Source: Candidatus Thorarchaeota archaeon
GTDB taxonomy: Archaea; Asgardarchaeota; Thorarchaeia; Thorarchaeales; Thorarchaeaceae
DNA length: 64,000 nucleotides
Direction: 5' to 3'
Assembly: GCA_963726195.1 (NCBI GenBank)
Contig: CAVSBO010000018.1
Coordinates: forward strand, 1 to 64,000
Part shown: positions 58,517 to 64,000 of the stretch, piece by piece
Position numbering within the stretch: the stretch's first letter is position 1
Layout: each line of letters begins with the position of its first letter
Translations under genes and position numbers: made by a program
The notes under the pieces: generated by a model
Told to the model about the DNA's origin: nothing
What the model saw: only the letters and a program-made list of their open reading frames with translations
Databases searched by the model: none

Positions 58517-58837
58517 GTCGGCACCTTGATCGAATTATCAGCTGGCTCTGTGAGTGGTTAAGGCACGGGGTCTGTCGGACCAAGCTCCATCGAGCCCATC
58601 TCCGCAAGCTTGAAAGCATTTCAAAGCTATGATATCCTCTGAGATTCGGGACCATAGAAGCCAATCGTGCTGCGAATGCTGAGACTGGCTGGTGGTGCGC
58701 TTCATGTTTCTGTCCGGATTGAGGCTCGCGTGGTAATAGGGATGAATGCTCGGCGAATCATTGGTCACCATCTTGTCTCTGTTGTTTGCATCACGGCTAT
58801 TGGCAATGGCACTGATGCAAGGGGTTGATCTTATAGC

Positions 58838-59655
58838 TTGAGCGCAGATGATTACTATGACAGGGTGGTGGCAGCCCTCAAGATTGAAGACGAAGGTGAG
58901 CGTGTAACGAAAGCAAACGAACTGGGCTTCGAAGTGACAAGGGAGAAGATCAAGCTGAATGATGAGCAGGGCAGCGCTCTATGGAAGACTGCGGTTGAGA
59001 GCATCGGTTCGGGTGACCCATTCGTCTTTGGATTCCTCACGCACATTATCAGCATTAGTTGGCAGAACAAACCCACTCTTGAGGTGTCGATGACTCAGGA
59101 CTCTGGCAGTCTAAGCAGGAAATTCAACATTCCCGGTGCTGAGGCAAAGCTACTCCAGGAGGCTGGGATATTTCAACAAGATGAGTCTGTGTCTTATTGG
59201 GACAGGGCACACTTGTACGTCGGTAACAGAGATATCGATCGCGTTGGAAGCCTATTTCTGACCGACGAGAGAGTAGTGGTGGTTGGGGAGCTTCTCTCGA
59301 CTGCGGGGCAAGGAGGGACCTGCTACAAACTCTGTTATGACAACTGGAATCAGCAACCATTCCTTGACGCGGTTGACTACGTATACATGAGCCAGGTTCG
59401 ATTGATTAGCACCGAAGGAGATTGGCGTTCACACGGTATCGAGCTGACGGTCGTAACGAAGCATTACGAGGACAAGAGAGAGAAGTCTGTCAGACCCGAA
59501 CTTCTTCAGGACGGGCTCTCCCTCCAAGCTCAAAGCCACTGAGGGACCCATCAAGATTGTACTTGAGGCAAGAAAGTCTGTCAGGCGCGGAAGATCCGAA
59601 GGTTCGTCATGAAGCGCTCTTGCGCAAATTGAAGCAACATACTAGTCTCAAGTAG
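58838..59655 (+). CDS. Hypothetical protein (PH/GRAM-like GSLFLTDERVV segment); two probable +1 frameshifts (59486, 59577)
   Basis: Removing the T from both AAGTCTGTCA sites gives one open frame ending TAG at 59655; otherwise it ends at 59542. Confidence 0.55.
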
Positions 59656-59827
59656 ATGTCACTCGTCAATCAGTCATGGGCATTGCTATTGTGAGCTACC
59701 TGCAGACGCGAGTCTATTGAGTACTTGAATCTAGGTGTGCGAAGGAGTCTGCGCTCCTGTGGGTCGAGATGTGCTTGTGACAGTCCCGGTTCTCCGGCGA
59801 GCCCACCATGACTGCACTTGGTCGACT

Positions 59828-60697
59828 TTAGTCGACGAAGCTGAGCTTGATGAGAACCACTAGAGTCACCAGAAGGAAAATGAATGTGATACCCATGAGG
59901 GTGGGGCCTGTAAATGTGAAATCCGGGCCTTGAGTACTTAATGCAGGACCGAGCTTCAAGTCCTCATTGAGGAAATTGACCAGAGTGTGAATCGTAATCG
60001 GGCCGGCCAACGTAGCTCTTGAGCTGAATTTCTCATAATATGTACCGAAGAACAGCCCTAGGATCGCCGTAAAGACGAGCATTGAAACTGCTTGTGAAAG
60101 TGAGCCGTTGCCGGAAAGTGCATCTACGGCCGGCCAGCAAAGATGCCATATCCCAAAGGCCAATGCGGAAATCATGATTGCTCTGTTAGGTGTGAATCGA
60201 GGCCTAAGGCCATTCTGAATCAGACCACGGAATAGAGTCTCTTCGAGGAGGGCATTTGTGAAGAAGAAGATGAACTGGTACCAAAGGATGTCGGCATAAA
60301 GGACAGTGAGGTTGAGAGGGTATGATTGATTGAAGAAGGTCTCAAAAACCAAGGGCGGGACAATCTCAATCAGAACATACATGGAGCAACCAATTATGAA
60401 GCCAATCAACACTTGGATTCTGAGTTGTCTGCGATTCAATCCAAGTACTGTTCCAACCTCTGCTCTCCGGTACTTCAGAAACAACCCTAAGATGATGAGA
60501 AAGGGAAAAAGCTTCGAGGGCATTATGTTAATCCAAGTCGCTCCAAGTCCAAGTACGAAGACATCAACTACTCTCCATATGACCGCCATAACAAGTATAA
60601 GTCCTGCTAGCGGCAACAGCCCGATGCGAGACCAGAACGGCTGCTGTCTAACAGCAGGGTGCGAAGATGGTCTCTCGACAGACTGAGTCGTGGTCAT
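59828..60697 (-). CDS. CPBP (CAAX/Abi) family intramembrane metalloprotease; may extend to 59731
   Basis: EE.LFRG, SA..FG.WH, H...N motifs; ATGA overlap with the upstream gene. Confidence 0.88.
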   Translation of the reverse strand: MTTTQSVERPSSHPAVRQQPFWSRIGLLPLAGLILVMAVIWRVVDVFVLGLGATWINIMPSKLFPFLIILGLFLKYRRAEVGTVLGLNRRQLRIQVLIGFIIGCSMYVLIEIVPPLVFETFFNQSYPLNLTVLYADILWYQFIFFFTNALLEETLFRGLIQNGLRPRFTPNRAIMISALAFGIWHLCWPAVDALSGNGSLSQAVSMLVFTAILGLFFGTYYEKFSSRATLAGPITIHTLVNFLNEDLKLGPALSTQGPDFTFTGPTLMGITFIFLLVTLVVLIKLSFVD

Positions 60698-61371
60698 GGC
60701 GAAACCCTCGTGCGTGTGGATGGCTCTACGAGCTTCGGGGCTGCAGGGCGTCCTCGTCTGAACCATGGGTTGATGAGAGCCAGAGTCGTTATTCCACTAC
60801 TGAGAGCGACAAGGATGTTGTCGACGATCACTGAGCTAGCGACCAGCTGACTTATGAAAGCGAGGACGAAGGCAAGAACCATTAGTCCGCTCCTGACCTC
60901 TCTCAAACGTCCTGTTCGCCAAGTTATTGAGAAAGTTACAATTAAGGCTATCATGAAAACAAGCAGTATCGGAATGCAAAGCAGCATGACCAAATTGTCT
61001 GACGGTGCAAACAAAGTCACGATAGCCCAGTACAAAGCGAGCACGCCGAGAATCCTCGAGTACCTGCGATGCAACCTAGGCAACCAGACGTTCAACACAA
61101 TCACTGCCAAAGGAAGGACAGTTCCGAATATGATAAGCGCTCGAACTCGGAACAGGGCAGATGAGGCTTCGACAATCCCTAGGTTTGGAAGAAGTTTGAT
61201 GATACTGTTCACAGCTTGCGCTACGAACATTATTCCAAACATCAGGGGCAAGTCGGTGTAGAGGTGGTTCTTCTGTCTAAGCCACAGTGAAATTAGAAAC
61301 AGTGCTAATACAATGGAGAACACTGAAGAAGACAGAGTCGCGAACGATGCTAGGTCGATGGTGAGCTGCAT
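60694..61371 (-). CDS. Hypothetical ~7-TM membrane protein
   Basis: Seven hydrophobic segments; ATG after AAAGGAAG. Confidence 0.7.
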   Translation of the reverse strand: MQLTIDLASFATLSSSVFSIVLALFLISLWLRQKNHLYTDLPLMFGIMFVAQAVNSIIKLLPNLGIVEASSALFRVRALIIFGTVLPLAVIVLNVWLPRLHRRYSRILGVLALYWAIVTLFAPSDNLVMLLCIPILLVFMIALIVTFSITWRTGRLREVRSGLMVLAFVLAFISQLVASSVIVDNILVALSSGITTLALINPWFRRGRPAAPKLVEPSTRTRVSP

Positions 61372-61643
61372 GCAATCTCTTCCTTTCTTTGATTTGACGC
61401 ACTGTCCGGTACTATACAATAAAAGCACCAACAATTTCCGTGCACACTCGCAGGCGTCGGCTTGACTTGTTCTTGTTGAGTTCTGGTAGTCAAGGACGCA
61501 GCGCCGCCCGTCGTATGCGGTCTGTACTGCCTTTGCGTAGTTATCCAAGAAATCGGGCTTTCGTCGAAAAATATCGCGCCGTACTCGCGACCCTTAAATA
61601 ACCCATCAGGATGCTCTGCTGATTCACAGACAATCAAGAAACG

Positions 61644-62523
61644 GTGATCCCCTTGTGTGACTGGTGCATGAAGCATGGCGCGGGCGGCAAGTGGTACATG
61701 AATGCCCGCAATTACTCCTACGAGCTGGCAGACGAGTACAATATGAAAGAGTACTTGGAAGAGCAATGGAAGAACATGGAGACTCTGTTCATCCGAAAGA
61801 TTACGGGCTTCAGTTCCATTGGTCTAGGGTACAAAATGCAGATGCCGCTTATTGGACGTTATCTAAGGTCAAGTGCTGAGAAGATGATACACAGTGAGAA
61901 GCCAGGGCGAAATCCGGTTAGAGCTGATGGTCACTTCGGACAAGTCATTCCGCTTGAGGATGCTCAGCACATTCTTGGCAACTTGGCGGCTGAGCCTATC
62001 ATAAAGAACTATTGTGTGTGCAGGTGGATGCAGAGGGGTGTGAAAGATGCCGTATGCATTAACTTCGGGTGCTTGAGCCAAATCATCCCAAAGCTCACAA
62101 GATACATCCCGCTGGATGAGAAATGGCAGCTGAGATTGAGAGGAAGCAATCGCAGCCCTTGAGACACAGAACAAGAAAGGATACGTAGCGTCTGTCTGGT
62201 TCCAGCCAGTCCCTTACATCAATGCGATTTGCTCGTGCGAGAGTCCGGAGTGTGGAGGTCTGCGCCTGAGGAATGATTTTGGTCTGAGGACAGTCCTGAA
62301 AGGAGAGTATCTCATGACAGTCAACCGAGATAACTGCCAAGGCTGCAAGGCGTGTGTAAGGATGTGTCAGTTCGGGGCTCTCAGATATCTCCCATCGATC
62401 AACAAGGTGATAATCAATCACGACAAATGCTTCGGCTGTGGGGTTTGTCGTCACGCATGCAAGAATGATGCCCTTCAATTGGTACCGAGGGAGTCCGTGC
62501 CAGGACAGGCCAAGAATTTCTAG
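61644..62523 (+). CDS. 4Fe-4S dicluster protein; apparent frameshift near 62132-62139
   Basis: CDWCMKHGAGGKWY, HFGQVIPLED, CVCR, AICSC...C, CQGCKACVRMC, CFGCGVCRHAC. Confidence 0.82.
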
Positions 62524-62537
62524 GAGAGGTGGGTCGA

Positions 62538-62822
62538 ATGGGCAAGACGAAGATTAAGATTGACTACAAGAAGTGCGGACCTAAAGGCACGATGGATCCC
62601 AGAGAGTGCAGGAAGTGTTTGAACGTCTGTGATCCTGCAGTATTCCTGATGCATCCAACCCTAGAGAAGCATCCTGATCCCTACAATCCGGAGAAGTGGG
62701 TTGTTACTCCTGTCTGGCCAGACGTTTGCACTTCCTGCGGGAAATGCGTCTCATCGTGTCCGGTGGAGGCTATCAAGGTCTCGCCTGGGGACTCACTATA
62801 CAAGATGCGCATGCATGGTTGA
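62538..62822 (+). CDS. Ferredoxin-like 4Fe-4S protein
   Basis: CRKCLNVC and CTSCGKCVSSCP. Confidence 0.85.
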   Translation: MGKTKIKIDYKKCGPKGTMDPRECRKCLNVCDPAVFLMHPTLEKHPDPYNPEKWVVTPVWPDVCTSCGKCVSSCPVEAIKVSPGDSLYKMRMHG

Positions 62823-62872
62823 TAGAGCAGAAGGGCACGCTGGATGTCTCCCTTCTCGCCCTTGTCTCAATG

Positions 62873-63889
62873 TTAGCATTGCTTCATTGTCGTCACTGGT
62901 CTTGCTTGAAGCACAATCAGATGTGAGTCTTTCATACACCACTCTATGTCCTGTGGGCCGCCCAGTATATTCTCCACCTTCGTACCCATCTTGGCTAGGT
63001 TTAGCAGATCGGCATCGTCCAATGTGAAGGCAGTTCGCTTACTTGGAGGCGTATCCTGAAGCACGATTCCATGTTGTTGCTCGGATGCGCTCACAGCCGC
63101 GAATGTAACCTTTGACCCAAGCACACGCTGCACGACTCTCAAAGGGTCTCTCTGGATAAAGAACGTATCCGGGACTACCTTCCCTGAGACCAACGGTTCT
63201 CCCAAACCCCATGTGGATTCGATGATGATTTGTGACGGATCATTCGTTACAGTGTTGACGGTGAACATGACACCGGAGACATCCGCACCAACCATCTCTT
63301 GCACGATTACGCCCATCCTCACCTTGCTTAGGGGAACACCCATTTCGTGCAGATAAAGAGCCGCGCGGAAGGAAACCGCCGACTGCCAAGTTCTTCTCAC
63401 AGAATCAATGATATTCTCAATTCCATTGACACACAAGAAGCTCTCTGCCTGACCTGCAAACGAGATTTGGTTACCGTCCTCGACATTTGCTGATGACCGA
63501 ATCGCATATCCTGCACCATGTTCGTGCGCCATCGATCTCAGCCGCGTAAACGCATCCATAATCTGTTTCTTGGTTTCACCGGGCATTCTCCAAGACGAAC
63601 CAAGTCTTTCAAGATCTGCGGCGTAGTTCATGGTTTCTTCTATATCCGTAGGCGATTCTAGCCGCTGTAGTATTCTGTCCGACCCCTCCAGACCCGCAAG
63701 GAATTCAGAGAAACAATCTGATGATATGGAGAAGCCGATTGGGACTTTCAGCCCTGCCCTGTGCAGCCGAGCAAGATTCACTGCCTTACCGCCGAACCTT
63801 TCCAAGTCGTCCTCGCCTATTGCCTCAAAGAAAGAAACGCATGACTGTGTTGGTGCTGATGACTTGGTTGGTGAGTGATGACGAGCCAA
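62873..63889 (-). CDS. PEP-synthase/PPDK N-terminal ATP-grasp domain protein (stand-alone)
   Basis: GGKAVNL, AIRSSA..ED....SFAGQ, VQEMV...SGVMFT, GLGE.LVSG.V.PD, PQDIEW, LQARPVT; ends there. Confidence 0.88.
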   Translation of the reverse strand: MARHHSPTKSSAPTQSCVSFFEAIGEDDLERFGGKAVNLARLHRAGLKVPIGFSISSDCFSEFLAGLEGSDRILQRLESPTDIEETMNYAADLERLGSSWRMPGETKKQIMDAFTRLRSMAHEHGAGYAIRSSANVEDGNQISFAGQAESFLCVNGIENIIDSVRRTWQSAVSFRAALYLHEMGVPLSKVRMGVIVQEMVGADVSGVMFTVNTVTNDPSQIIIESTWGLGEPLVSGKVVPDTFFIQRDPLRVVQRVLGSKVTFAAVSASEQQHGIVLQDTPPSKRTAFTLDDADLLNLAKMGTKVENILGGPQDIEWCMKDSHLIVLQARPVTTMKQC

Positions 63890-64000
63890 TTCATCTTGCT
63901 CCGGACGCGATTGTTAGGTGATCTCTCAGTCAGTCAGATACCAGAAGGACACCACCAATACCTTCTTCGGGCTTGATTACGACTCTGCGTCTGTCCAAGC

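Noticed and set aside
58520-58830. Possible small ORF or RNA after acs
   Set aside because: No convincing start, motif or stable structure.
1-64000. CRISPR array or cas genes
   Set aside because: No regularly spaced 25-45 bp repeats seen; the only RuvC protein is TnpB-sized with no array.
63930-64000. 3' end of a minus-strand gene at the window edge (LDRRRVVIKPEEGIGGVLLVSD*)
   Set aside because: Too short to identify or confirm.

Overview
A 64 kb stretch of archaeal chromosome (about 52% GC by eye), most likely from an Asgard archaeon (Thorarchaeia-like). That placement is an inference from eS30, eS6, SmAP3, TFE-beta, CdrS-FtsZ, Mch, an unlinked 5S rRNA and long charged ribosomal-protein tails; Bathyarchaeia is not excluded. 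Most of the window is core machinery: the S27ae-S24e-spt4-rpoE1-PIN-aIF2g-S6e cluster, pelota, dnaG, two map genes, rnhB, fibrillarin/Nop5, pyrDK, elp3, archease, L3-L4-L23-L2, cdrS-ftsZ, pyrB, SRP19, Gar1, rlmE and trm1, plus an acetate cluster (CoA-transferase-GNAT, MFS, acs). Reading the DNA between ORFs gave features the ORF track misses: a solitary 5S rRNA, rps30e, and five tRNAs carrying six introns, five of them at non-canonical positions (tRNA-Trp and tRNA-Ser have two each). It also gave a complete 229-bp protein-free IS200/IS605 mini-element that appears to encode a TnpB omega-RNA with its own promoter; its boundaries are fixed by the guide/cleavage-site pairing rules, and removing it restores a stop codon to the host gene. 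There is a nonsense-inactivated, probably IS607-type TnpB, and an accessory block next to tRNA-Pro (four-fold repeated membrane module plus a secreted ~800 aa zincin). About a dozen apparent frameshifts fall almost exclusively at AGCT with stereotyped indels, which points to a methylated AGCT motif causing long-read errors rather than to real pseudogenes.
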